DNA from: an uncultured delta proteobacterium
Lineage (GTDB): Bacteria > Desulfobacterota > Syntrophorhabdia > Syntrophorhabdales > WCHB1-27
Assembly: GCA_963810935.1 (NCBI GenBank)
Contig: CAWEPK010000005.1
Coordinates: forward strand, 306,335-370,334
Direction: 5' to 3'
DNA: 64,000 nucleotides
In this document: positions 43,421-52,756 of the stretch, one piece after another
How positions within the stretch are numbered: position 1 is the stretch's first letter
How the letters are laid out: every line of letters starts with the position of its first letter
Made by a program: the position numbers and the translations under genes
The notes under the pieces: model-generated
Told to the model about the DNA's origin: nothing
The model's input: the letters and a program-made list of their open reading frames with translations, nothing else
Databases searched by the model: none

Positions 43421-44743
43421 GTGATTACGAACCGTATCATCGATATGCACCTTCACGTAGGCCACAGGTTCGAATGGACCGAGAGGGCGCAGGCCGTCTG
43501 GATGGACATAGGGCCTTACGTGCCGAGGCTTTTCGACGCAGAGCAAAGGCAGGTGCCGCAAGCCTACGGCGACGTAATAAAAGAAGAGGCCTGGGCGGGT
43601 ATACTGCTGCCCGAATATTCGCCGCAAACCGCCGGGCTCATGCCTATCGAGCGGGCCGCAGAGATAAACCTTTACCACCCCGAGCTTGTTCCCCTGGCCT
43701 TCCTGAACCCCAACCTCCACAGCGACTTGATGGCTGCCTTCGACGAGCAGATAGCCTTGGGGGCAAGGGGCCTCAAGGTCCACCCCATCCACGGGTTCTT
43801 TTACGCGAACGACGAGCGCCTCTACCCGGTTTACGAGCGCTGCCGGAAAGAGGGCCTCGTAGTCATGTTCCATGCAGGCACCAGCCTTTTCACAGGCTGC
43901 AAGATGCGCTATGCAGATCCGTATACCTTCGACGACGTCATAAACGATTTCCCCGACCTCAAAATCGTGCTATGCCACGGCGGCAGGGCATTCTGGTTCC
44001 ACATAGCGGAATTCCTGGCAAAGAAGTTCGAGAACGTCTATATCGACGTCTCCGGCCTTCCGCCGGGTAAGCTCCTCGAATATTTCCCATCTATGCGCAA
44101 GTTCAGCTCCAAGTTCCTTTTCGGCTCCGATTTCCCCGGCGTCCCCGGCATAAGGAAGAATTACGATATCCTCGCCTCGCTCATCGCAGACGAGGAAGCG
44201 ATGCACAACATCGGCTTCAGGAACGCCTACGACCTTTTCGGTTTCTGGAAGGAGGGGATGTTCGAGGTCCGGGACGAAGACGAGATATTCGGGGTGGTCA
44301 ACGCAGCGGCTGAAAAGTACAGGGGCGTCATACCGGACGACAGGTGGCACGAGCCGTACATGCCGATGGAAGAGGTGCGGGAAGAAATGAAGCGTATGCG
44401 CTTCTACGGCGTCCGGAAGGATATGGAGGCACTCGGCGTGATGGCCAGGGAGCGTGTGAAGGACGTCACGCTCATACGCCATGCGTACGTGGCGCCGGCC
44501 GCTCAGAGGAAGGGCATCGGCGCAAAACTGCTCGACCTCATCGAGAGGCAGGTCGATACGGAAGTGTTGCTGGTCGGCACGTGGCAGGCCGCATGGTGGG
44601 CGATAGATTTTTACCGCAGCCACGGATACGAGCTGCGGCCGGATAAAGAGGAGCTATTGAAGCGGTACTGGGACATACCCGACCGCCAGATAGAAACCTC
44701 CGTCGTCCTCGGAAAGAGATTGAAGGCTAGTACGCGGCGGTAG
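43421..44743 (+). CDS. Amidohydrolase_2 family protein fused to a C-terminal GNAT acetyltransferase
   Basis: IIDMHLH, GLKVHP, FHAG, CHGG, FGSDFP; then YVAPAAQRKGIGAKLL, FYRSHGY. Confidence 0.85.
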   Translation: MITNRIIDMHLHVGHRFEWTERAQAVWMDIGPYVPRLFDAEQRQVPQAYGDVIKEEAWAGILLPEYSPQTAGLMPIERAAEINLYHPELVPLAFLNPNLHSDLMAAFDEQIALGARGLKVHPIHGFFYANDERLYPVYERCRKEGLVVMFHAGTSLFTGCKMRYADPYTFDDVINDFPDLKIVLCHGGRAFWFHIAEFLAKKFENVYIDVSGLPPGKLLEYFPSMRKFSSKFLFGSDFPGVPGIRKNYDILASLIADEEAMHNIGFRNAYDLFGFWKEGMFEVRDEDEIFGVVNAAAEKYRGVIPDDRWHEPYMPMEEVREEMKRMRFYGVRKDMEALGVMARERVKDVTLIRHAYVAPAAQRKGIGAKLLDLIERQVDTEVLLVGTWQAAWWAIDFYRSHGYELRPDKEELLKRYWDIPDRQIETSVVLGKRLKASTRR

Positions 44744-45800
44744 GGAGAAGCTCAAGACCGGCGCGGACAACCTCTTCGGGCGGGACATCGAGGCATTCGA
44801 GGCCTGACGGGCAGGTAAAAGCGTAACACGGACTGCACGGCACGGCCCTTCTCAGCAGCCTGTGGGGCGCGTTGCGCGGACGCCACTGCGATTCAAGCTC
44901 CGTGCCTGAGTAAAGGACGACCGAGGGCGTTCCGCAGGCGTCCGCAATGTGCATCGTCGAGGTATTGTTCGTCAGCAACAGGGTCGCGCCTTCGACCAGG
45001 CGTGCAAGCTCGCCAACCGTCGTCATCCCGGAAACGTTGACTGCCCGGTAGCCGACGGCTTGTGCGATCCTCGCCGCCCGCTCCTTTTCCCCTTCCGTCC
45101 CCGTCACGACAGGACGCAGGCCCGTCGCCTCGGCAAGCCCGGATGCCGCCCTGACGAGACGTCCCATCGGGTACGTCCGCGCAGTTGCGCTCGCGAACGG
45201 GTTCACGAGAAGGTAAGGCTCGCCGGCTGTAAACCCGGAGCTGCACAATAGCCGCTCCACCGCAGCTTTAGCGCATCCGGCCGTCTGAATCGAAAGGTCA
45301 CGGCTCTGGATGCGAAAACCTACCGCCTCGATAAGCTCAATGTTCCTGTCGACCTGGTGCAGGTAGTCGGGCGGGGACGGGGCTGCGGCCGTCAGTACGC
45401 CGGGGGCAGTCTCCTTTGAAGAGCCGAGGCGAAGGGGGATGCCTGCCAGCAGGCAGGCCAGCCCTGCCGGATGGGGGGACTGGCTGAAGCTCGTGAAAAT
45501 GATGGCGCCGTCGAACCTGCCTGCTTCTAGCGACTTTATCAGGTTCCATTCCCGCGCCGGGTCGAAGGGGAGACGCCCGAGGTCCTGCCACACAACGCGC
45601 CGGACAAGGATGTCGTCGATCCAGGGCAGGAGGGCGGCGGCGCCTGCGCCTGCCGGGCTCACCATCAGCGTGAGGCGTGCATCGGGGAGCGCCTCTTTGA
45701 CTGCGCGCAGGGCCGGGCCTGCCATTACGACGTCGCCGATGTTATCCAGCCTCATGGCGAGCAGATTCTTCGCCTTCGCCCAGCCCCCTTCGATCGGCAT
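44727..45800 (-). CDS. Glycosyltransferase family 9 (heptosyltransferase-like)
   Basis: RLDNIGDVVM, TNNTSTMHIADA, CSPCY. Confidence 0.9.
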   Translation of the reverse strand: MPIEGGWAKAKNLLAMRLDNIGDVVMAGPALRAVKEALPDARLTLMVSPAGAGAAALLPWIDDILVRRVVWQDLGRLPFDPAREWNLIKSLEAGRFDGAIIFTSFSQSPHPAGLACLLAGIPLRLGSSKETAPGVLTAAAPSPPDYLHQVDRNIELIEAVGFRIQSRDLSIQTAGCAKAAVERLLCSSGFTAGEPYLLVNPFASATARTYPMGRLVRAASGLAEATGLRPVVTGTEGEKERAARIAQAVGYRAVNVSGMTTVGELARLVEGATLLLTNNTSTMHIADACGTPSVVLYSGTELESQWRPRNAPHRLLRRAVPCSPCYAFTCPSGLECLDVPPEEVVRAGLELLPTAAY

Positions 45801-45891
45801 GTCATAAAACTATAGCAGTCCCGCGCTCCCTGCACAAAGCGCAGCTATCTATTGAAAAAATCTTGCAATCAGGCGGAGGAGATGCGTATTA

Positions 45892-46101
45892 TTGGTCGTG
45901 AAAAACAGATATTTCCAGGATACGCTTTTCGAGGAGTTCAAGGGCGACACCTGCTACGTCTGCTGCCGAAGGATACGGGCGAACAAAGGCGTCTGCGTAG
46001 GGCAGGGGCTATGGCGCCACGCAGGCTGCAAGCCCGGCAGCAGCAAGTGGTCCCGGAGCGCCGTGGAAGAGCGCGCTGCAAGGGCGGGCGGCCGGTCTTA
46101 A
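45892..46101 (+). CDS. Small Cys-rich hypothetical protein
   Basis: CYVC...HAGC possible Zn finger; start uncertain. Confidence 0.4.
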   Translation: MVVKNRYFQDTLFEEFKGDTCYVCCRRIRANKGVCVGQGLWRHAGCKPGSSKWSRSAVEERAARAGGRS

Positions 46102-46159
46102 GGCGACCGCCCACTATCTCCACCGGGTCGCTAAAGTTTACGCGACCCGCACTTTAATC

Positions 46160-46666
46160 CTATCCTTTTTTCCTCTTGCCCTTATTCTTCTCGTGTTTCT
46201 TGTCCTCTTTTTCCTGCTCGTAGATGTCCGAGACTACGGTAGCCACCCGCTCGCGCCACCGGGGATCGTCCTTGTTCAGCTCAACTTCTTCATAGAAGTC
46301 CGATATGCTGTGGTCGATCAACTTGTAGGGGTTCGACTCTGAATCGATATCGAAATAGGTGTGGCGCAGCTCGTGCCGCAAAAGCCTGACCCGGTCGTCG
46401 TTGCCTATGGCGTTCCATCCCTGCTTATCGAGCGTGACGATATAATCATACCCTTCTACCGCGATGGCCTCGTCCTTTGTAAGGTGCCTCAACAGGTCAT
46501 TCGTTCTCATGATGCGGCCGAGGACGAGATGGCCGCCGGACATGCGTTTCTTCACATCGAAGAGGGTAATGACCTTCGCGTTCCTTAGCTCCGGGAAGTA
46601 TTTAGACTCGACCTCTTTGAGCAGCTCGTTTACGTCTTCCGTTACTTCTTCATACCTGATTCCCAT
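46160..46666 (-). CDS. Putative metallopeptidase (phage-type, HExxH)
   Basis: LLRHELRH motif followed by DHSISDFYEE. Confidence 0.7.
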   Translation of the reverse strand: MGIRYEEVTEDVNELLKEVESKYFPELRNAKVITLFDVKKRMSGGHLVLGRIMRTNDLLRHLTKDEAIAVEGYDYIVTLDKQGWNAIGNDDRVRLLRHELRHTYFDIDSESNPYKLIDHSISDFYEEVELNKDDPRWRERVATVVSDIYEQEKEDKKHEKNKGKRKKG

Positions 46667-46883
46667 ACGGGAGGACCTCCTTCCTTGCTTTTCGATTCTT
46701 TAGGTTTCAGGGGTTTTATCATGGGAGCCGGAAGGTAATCAAGATAAATCCCCCAACTGCGTCTTTGGAGGCGCTGCAGGACCGCTTCAACGGTATCCTT
46801 GCCCCTGCTGCAAGCACCCATTATATTGCTATTAAAGACTACAGGGACATTTCGCAACTCAACGATTGCCAAAGGAGGCGGCG

Positions 46884-47603
46884 ATGAAATATAGCGCAAA
46901 AGTACTTGGCAGGGAGGCAACGGCAGGCCAATTGATGGTCCTGCGGCTGGAAAGGCCTGCCGGGTTCGATTATCAGGCGGGCCAGTTCTGCAACGTCAAC
47001 GCGCCCGATATCGGCATAGGAGGCGAGGGAGGCCTGCGAAGACCCCTCAGTCTCGCTTCATCGCCGCTCGAAAAAGAGCTGCTTTTTACGGTCCGGCTGA
47101 GCGAGAGCGCCTTCAAACGGACGCTGCGCGATATGGCGGAAGGGAGCGCGGTCGAAATCGAGAGCGCGATGGGCCTGTTCACCCTGCCGCAGGACAAGAG
47201 TACGCCCCTTTGCTTCCTGGCAGGCGGCATGGGCATCGCCCCTTTCCGGTCGATGCTTCGCTATGCGGCCGATGCCCGCACGGGGCACAAGGGTACGCTC
47301 TTCTATTCGAGCCGCGTGCCTGAAGAGGCGCTTTTCCTCGACGAATTCAACGCAATCGCCTCGAAGGACCCTTCGGTGCAGGTTGTGGCCACTATGACGC
47401 GGCCGGAGCAGTCTGCGCAGAAATGGGAGGGGCGGACGGGGCGTCTCGTTTCAGCCACGATAAAAGAGGCGTGCCCGTACTGGAAAGAGGCAACCTATTA
47501 TCTTGCCGGTCCCCCGGTCATGGTAGACGGCATGAGGACTATGCTCAATGACATGCAGATAGACAAGGCCAAGGTGAAGCAGGAGATATGGTCGGGGTAT
47601 TGA
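46884..47603 (+). CDS. FAD/NAD(P)-binding oxidoreductase (ferredoxin reductase-like)
   Basis: RRPLSLAS, LAGGMGIAPF, YLAGPP. Confidence 0.9.
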   Translation: MKYSAKVLGREATAGQLMVLRLERPAGFDYQAGQFCNVNAPDIGIGGEGGLRRPLSLASSPLEKELLFTVRLSESAFKRTLRDMAEGSAVEIESAMGLFTLPQDKSTPLCFLAGGMGIAPFRSMLRYAADARTGHKGTLFYSSRVPEEALFLDEFNAIASKDPSVQVVATMTRPEQSAQKWEGRTGRLVSATIKEACPYWKEATYYLAGPPVMVDGMRTMLNDMQIDKAKVKQEIWSGY

Positions 47604-47654
47604 ATACCTGCTGCTTGCAGCAAATATAAAGCAAGCGCATGCGCAGCGCCGAGC

Positions 47655-47706
47655 GGGGAGACTCCACGGACTTTGTTCGTGGAGGGGGTGCTGAACCCCA
47701 ATAACT
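47655..47706 (-). repeat. REP-like double-hairpin element copy
   Basis: rc reads TATTGGGGTTCAGCACCCCCTCCACGAACAAAGTCCGTGGAG; same family as 5237-5381. Confidence 0.75.
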
Positions 47707-47743
47707 GTCAAGCAGGAGATTTGGGCCGGGTATTAATGTTTAC

Positions 47744-48604
47744 TTACTGGCCGTCATTTTCTCCGCCCGCATTCGCGGGCGGGCCTTGAGCCTCGCCGGG
47801 AGGCGGCATCTGCCCCTCCGGCGCCGCGGCCTGGGCCGGCCGGCCCGTCCCTTCGGCCGGCGGGAAATCTGCGGCTATAGGCTCTCCACCTCCGGCGAGC
47901 TTAGCTGCCTCTTTGAGCAAGCTGATCGAATGCCTGTTCTTCACCTGCGGCTTCCTGAAAATATCGGTGGGCGTGACGATACCACGGTAATACGCGTTGT
48001 TCCAGCCGCTCCTCGTCTTGACGACCGCCCCGTCGACCGATATGCCCCCGTAAAGCCCTTTCGACCGCGAGAAGCTGACGATGTCCGCGCTCAGGTTAGC
48101 AGTCGAGGCCGCCGCACCTACGCCGACCGGTCCTGCAGCCACACCGATGTCCGCACCCAGCTTGACGCTGCTCTCCATGAGTGAGCTTATACCGCGCTCC
48201 GTCATGATGAGGAGCACCACTTCCGAGGACTGGCCGCCTATCTGGAAACCGAAGCTGCCCTCGCCGATCGTATAGAAAGCAGGGCCCTTCCAGCGGCCCG
48301 TCAGGCTGTCACGCGCGATGAGAACGCCGCTGCCGCCTGCCGCACCCACTATAAAGGCCCCTTTAAGGATCTGGGGGGCGATGAAGATGCCTCGGGCATT
48401 CTTTATCATGCTCCGGAAACCTTCCATTTCAGGCGCGGTGGAGAAATTCTCCAGCGTCTGCTGCGCCTTCTCGACGAGATGGCGGGCCTCCATAGCGTTG
48501 TCCGCCGCCGCCGGCCCAGGGACCAGGGTAAGCACCCCGGCGAGGGCGACAACCATTAATATGGAGAGAACCATTGCCATTCCATTCCGACGCCGGCTTT
48601 TCAT
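47744..48604 (-). CDS. Lipid-binding SYLF (Ysc84) domain protein
   Basis: GAFIVGAAGGSGVL, SFGFQIGG, SRSKGLYGGISVDG. Confidence 0.9.
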   Translation of the reverse strand: MKSRRRNGMAMVLSILMVVALAGVLTLVPGPAAADNAMEARHLVEKAQQTLENFSTAPEMEGFRSMIKNARGIFIAPQILKGAFIVGAAGGSGVLIARDSLTGRWKGPAFYTIGEGSFGFQIGGQSSEVVLLIMTERGISSLMESSVKLGADIGVAAGPVGVGAAASTANLSADIVSFSRSKGLYGGISVDGAVVKTRSGWNNAYYRGIVTPTDIFRKPQVKNRHSISLLKEAAKLAGGGEPIAADFPPAEGTGRPAQAAAPEGQMPPPGEAQGPPANAGGENDGQ

Positions 48605-48620
48605 TCATCCTCCTTAAGTG

Positions 48621-48696
48621 CAATTACTGGGGCTAGCGTCGCCCACGAGCAAAGCTCGCGGAGCCTCCCCTCATAAAAAGGAAGAGGCATTAAAGA
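48621..48696 (+). repeat. REP-like double-hairpin element copy
   Basis: Near-identical to 5237-5318 including tail CATAAAAAGGAAGAGGCATTAAAGA. Confidence 0.85.
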
Positions 48697-48732
48697 CCTT
48701 ACTGGCACCGCCCCCTCCCTATGCGCGATATA

Positions 48733-50236
48733 TTACGCCCTTCCATATGTAATTGTAAGCGAGCGGAGCCTATCTGCAAGATCACCGGTGAGCGCATCGG
48801 GCGCGAACCTCCAGCCCCAGTTGCCCATGGCCACAGAAGGCCGGTTCATCTGCGCCTCCCCGCCCAGACCGAGAATGTCCTGGAAGGGGAAGACGGCCAT
48901 ATCCGCAATAGAGGCCATGGCGAGCCTCACCAGGTCCCAGTGCACGTCTTCGGGTCTCGGCTCCTTGCCCAGGTATCGGGCAAGGCGCTCCTTCTCGTCC
49001 GGCCTGGCGTCGTTATCGAACCAGCCGCGGGCCGTGTTATTGTCATGGGTCCCCGTGTAGACCACGTAATTTCTTTCGTATGTATGGGGCAGATAGATGT
49101 GCATCGGGTTGTCCTCGCCGAACGCGAAGAGAAGTACCTTCATGCCGGGGAAGCCCCACTCCTTTATGACCTCCCTCACGTCGGGCGTGATGATGCCCAG
49201 GTCCTCGGCAATGATCGGGAGGTCGAAGAACCGTTTCGCGAGGTGGCCGAAGAAATCACCCGCCGGGACGTCGGCCCACCGCCCGTTGACTGCGTTCTTT
49301 TCGCTCGCGGGCACCTCCCAGAACTTGACCAGGCCCCGGAAGTGATCGACCCTGACGACGTCCAGGAGCGTAAGCGTATGCTCGAGCCTCTCTATCCACC
49401 AGGCGTAACCTGTCTGCCGCAGGACGTCCCAGTTGTAGACCGGGTTGCCCCAGAGCTGGCCGGTCGAGGCTGAAATAGTCGGGCGGTACGCCGCCGACGG
49501 ATACCGGGTTTTTGTCCGGGCCCAGCTTGAAAATGCCCGGATTGGACCAGACGTCCGCGCTGTCGTAGCTCACGTATATCGGGATGTCGCCGATGAGCTG
49601 TATGCCCCGTTCGTTGCAGAACGTCTTGAGGGCCGTCCACTGTCGGAAGAAAAGGTACTGCCGGAACTTCTCGCTCTCTATGGCGGACGCCGATTCCGCG
49701 CGCGCGGCGGCCATCGCCTCCGGGACGCGGTCGCGCAGCTCTGGCGGCCAGTCGCAGAACGAGCGTCCTTCCATGCGGCCTTTGATAGCGATGAAGAGCG
49801 CGTAGGTATCCAGCCAGGGCGCCTGGTCTTCGCAAAACTGCGTAAACCCATCCAAGTCGCGGCCGGACTTCAAAAAGCCGTCGTAAGCTGCGTCGAGAAG
49901 GCGCTCTTTGTACGCCGCGGCCCCCTCGTAGTCGCACCTGCCTTCCGGAAAGGCCGGTCTCGGCCCTAACTCTTTCCCGGATATGAAGCCGTCCGTTACG
50001 AGCATTTCCGGGCTTATGAGGAACGTATTGCCCGCAAACGTGGAAGTGCTGCTGTAAGGAGAATTACCGTAGACAGGCAGCGTCGGGTTGAGCGGCAGGA
50101 TCTGCCAGTAACTCTGCCGCGTGTCCGCAAGGAAATCGGCGAACCTGTATGCCGAGGGGCCGAGGTCTCCGACGCCGAACGGCGAGGGAAGCGACGTGAT
50201 ATGAAGCAGGATACCCGATCCTCTCTTCTTCGCCAT
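48733..50236 (-). CDS. malQ: 4-alpha-glucanotransferase (frameshift at ~49469)
   Basis: GILLHITSLP, WQILPL, GVPPDYFS|TGQLWGNP, IAEDLG, YTGTHDN. Confidence 0.94.
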
Positions 50237-50274
50237 GTTCCTATCCTTTAATCCTTGTGCTTCAGACTTCATTT

Positions 50275-50496
50275 TCAAAGCATGTTCTTGACCCTGAGCT
50301 GCAATTCCAGCAGGTCCGCCTTCGTGAGCTTCAGGGAACCGTCTTTTGCGACCCTCCGCGGCCTCACCCTCTTGACCGCCTCGCGGACGGCATCCGATAT
50401 GGTAAAGCTGCTCTTCATAAAATAACTGAAGGCCCAGCTAGTGATCTCGTATTTGTCTTTCTCGGACAACCGGAAAAACCAGAAGAACGTGATCAA
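50275..50496 (-). CDS. Small hypothetical protein
   Basis: 73 aa ORF with host-like codon usage, directly upstream of malQ. Confidence 0.6.
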   Translation of the reverse strand: MITFFWFFRLSEKDKYEITSWAFSYFMKSSFTISDAVREAVKRVRPRRVAKDGSLKLTKADLLELQLRVKNML

Positions 50497-50527
50497 GCCG
50501 CAGGCTCCTTGGCGGAAGAAAACATGG

Positions 50528-50567
50528 CATATTGTAGCACACGGAAGGGAAGCGAAAAAAGAGGCTT
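50528..50567 (+). repeat. Left 40-bp direct repeat bounding the island
   Basis: CATATTGTAGCACACGGAAGGGAAGCGAAAAAAGAGGCTT; 37/40 identical to 59366-59405. Confidence 0.85.
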
Positions 50568-50919
50568 GGAATTACCGGGGCGCTGAGCCCCGAAATTGCC
50601 GCTTGATCACAGCGGCAACAAAGCGGGCGCATCGCGCTAGGGGCGGTTGGCAACCTCGGGGTCGCCAGGGGACGTCCGCAAGAAGGGGTATAATCTGTGA
50701 GTTATTCGATTATTTACGATCATCCCCGTTGGCTTTCCGCACAAGTTACAGAAGTTGCCAGCATCGCCCTAACTCTGGGCGACGCGCTTTCCTGGGCATG
50801 CTTATTGCCCAGTTGCCGTCCGATTTCGCCCTATCGTGTCCGAGAAAAGCAGCGTATCGCCGATCGTTACTTTTGTTTCTAAATCGTGTATCGTAAGGAG
50901 AAGAGAACCTTGCCAAGCC

Positions 50920-50939
50920 AGTCAACTACGTCCCCTATT
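50920..50939 (+). repeat. GTCCCC-type end
   Basis: AGTCAACTACGTCCCCTATT. Confidence 0.8.
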
Positions 50940-50954
50940 CCGCGCCTCAAATTC

Positions 50955-51122
50955 ATGGCACCCATACTTATTTTTGTTATATTGCGCATTTGGACGCTAT
51001 CTCCTAAACCCGGAAGCCAGGGTGGGCCCGAGTGGTTTATCATAGCAGTTTTGGTTCTCATAGTGGTATTTCTTGCATCCTCCCTTAAACGACCCGCAAA
51101 GAAAGATAGCAAGAATCATTGA
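50955..51122 (+). CDS. Small two-TM hypothetical protein
   Basis: 55 aa, two hydrophobic helices and basic tail; lies between inward-facing GTCCCC ends. Confidence 0.5.
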   Translation: MAPILIFVILRIWTLSPKPGSQGGPEWFIIAVLVLIVVFLASSLKRPAKKDSKNH

Positions 51123-51134
51123 TTGACCATCTCC

Positions 51135-51163
51135 ATAGGGGACGTTCGTAACTTCTGTAACTT
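51135..51163 (-). repeat. Left inverted repeat of the HUH-transposase remnant
   Basis: ATAGGGGACGTTCGTAACTTCTGTAACTT; 27/29 match to rc of 51460-51488. Confidence 0.85.
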
Positions 51164-51165
51164 AT

Positions 51166-51417
51166 TCACTGTCCACTCTCCTTCTTCACCATTTTCAGCG
51201 CCGCGACGTGAGAAACCCCTAGTTGACGAGCTATCTCAGCACGGGATATTCCTTCCTGGGAAAGGCTATGAGCAATATAGGAGCGGACGCGGGTGATCTG
51301 CCTGGTGCGGTTGTGACCCCGGTCTTTATCGTTCCTGAATATCGCGCTTCGCTCGATACCACGGGCCATCACGTGATGAACAGTACAGCAGGCGTCCAGC
51401 CGGGCTTTACGGGGCAT
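51166..51417 (-). pseudogene. Internally deleted REP-associated-type tyrosine (Y1/HUH) transposase
   Basis: N-terminus MPRKARLD...HHVMARGIERSAIFRNDKDR fused in frame to C-terminal HTH (SRAEIARQLGVS); no HUH motif or catalytic Tyr region. Confidence 0.8.
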
Positions 51418-51459
51418 CACCTCTCTCCAAGAACGGCTGTTCCAGTCAGCATATCGCAC

Positions 51460-51488
51460 AAGCTACAGAAGTTACGTACGTCCCCTAT
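51460..51488 (+). repeat. Right inverted repeat of the HUH-transposase remnant
   Basis: AAGCTACAGAAGTTACGTACGTCCCCTAT. Confidence 0.85.
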
Positions 51489-51511
51489 CCAACTCGTCCA
51501 GCTCGTTCCCG

Positions 51512-51539
51512 GTCACGTTAGTCAACTACGTTCCCCTAT
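51512..51539 (+). repeat. GTCCCC-type end opening the catabolic cargo
   Basis: GTCACGTTAGTCAACTACGTTCCCCTAT; first 20 bp are a perfect inverted copy of 59285-59304. Confidence 0.85.
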
Positions 51540-51643
51540 CCGTCCTCTCACGTCCTTTTGAGCTTGGGTCATTCCCGGCCTCCCTGAACATAGATGGTCA
51601 TCCCATACTACCATACCTGTCAGGCGAAGTCGTGATATTCGCA

Positions 51644-52673
51644 CTATTCTATGCCGGCAGCAGTTTCCGTGGCGTTCTCATCTTCCGGGAATACATCTTT
51701 TTCAATCGATTTTCCTGCGGGATGCACAAATTTTACCGGCTGGTATTTCCGGGCGAAGACATTCAGCTGAAACACATCGGGACGCGCATAATGACCGACA
51801 GCGTCTATCATGTGTTTGACCCCTACTATGTTGTCAAGGTTGATATCTGCATAGGCAATCTGCTCACGATCCTCCAGAGGGCCTGCAACATAATTGCTCA
51901 TGGGATCCACAATTCCCGAAATTCCGCCGCCCGCCTCCAGGATGCCCTGATTGGCCGGGTCGAGACTCAAGGTAGAATTTCAACTCTTCATCCCCCACGC
52001 ATGAGGAAGAATATGCCACATAAACTTGGCCCTCGAACGTCATGTTCCTCATTGCGACGTCGATCACTTTTTTTCTGTCCCTCGGCTGGCTCCTGAAATT
52101 TGCTCCCGGCCACATGGCTATATGGAGTTGTTCTCCCAGGCTGTATAGAGAGTACCTTGAGAGCGGCATGGAATGTTCGTAACAAATAAGCATGCCTATC
52201 CTTCCAATTGAAGTGTCGGAGACTTGCAGGCTGGTACCATCGCCCATGCCCCAGATCGTCCTTTCTTCTCCGGTGGGCATGAGTTTTCTTCTATTGATCA
52301 CCATGGTTCCCGACTCGTCGATGAGGACTTGGCTATTATAAAGGGTTGAGGAATCCTTTTCTACGAATCCCAGAGCTATCATAATCTCATTCTTCTTTGC
52401 CGCGGCCCTTATGTAATCCATCTCCGCGGACTTAACTTCCAGAGAGTTTTGGAATTGCCTTTTGAAAAGCTCAAGCTTTTTGTTGTTGTTGATCCCCATC
52501 CATATCCACCATGGATATCCCGGAACAAACGTTTCCGGAAACACAATCAGCTTGGCGCCGTTTGACGCCGCTTCTCTTGTCATAGAGATTACTTTCTCTA
52601 TCGTTCCCTCTCTGCTGAAGAGCACCGGGGCCGCGACTGTCGTCGCTATCTTATCAATTCTAGACGTATCCAT
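51644..52673 (-). CDS. Nitrilase (carbon-nitrogen hydrolase; frameshift at ~51965)
   Basis: E-K-C triad: FPETFVPGYP, RRKLMPT, LICYEH; C-terminal DAVGHYARPDVF. Confidence 0.9.
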
Positions 52674-52756
52674 TATCTCCCTCCTATAAATTGTCTTTTG
52701 AACTACCGTGGTTCAATTTCATCGGAGTACTCCCTCCCTTAGCTCGACTCCCTGCT

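Noticed and set aside
50577..50700. Hairpin-rich stretch as a tRNA or known ncRNA integration site
   Set aside because: No cloverleaf, T-loop or CCA pattern recognisable by eye; would need an Rfam scan
50660..51540. GTCCCC repeats as a CRISPR array or integron attC sites
   Set aside because: Mixed orientations, irregular spacing, no attC RYYYAAC/GTTRRRY structure, no cas or intI in the window
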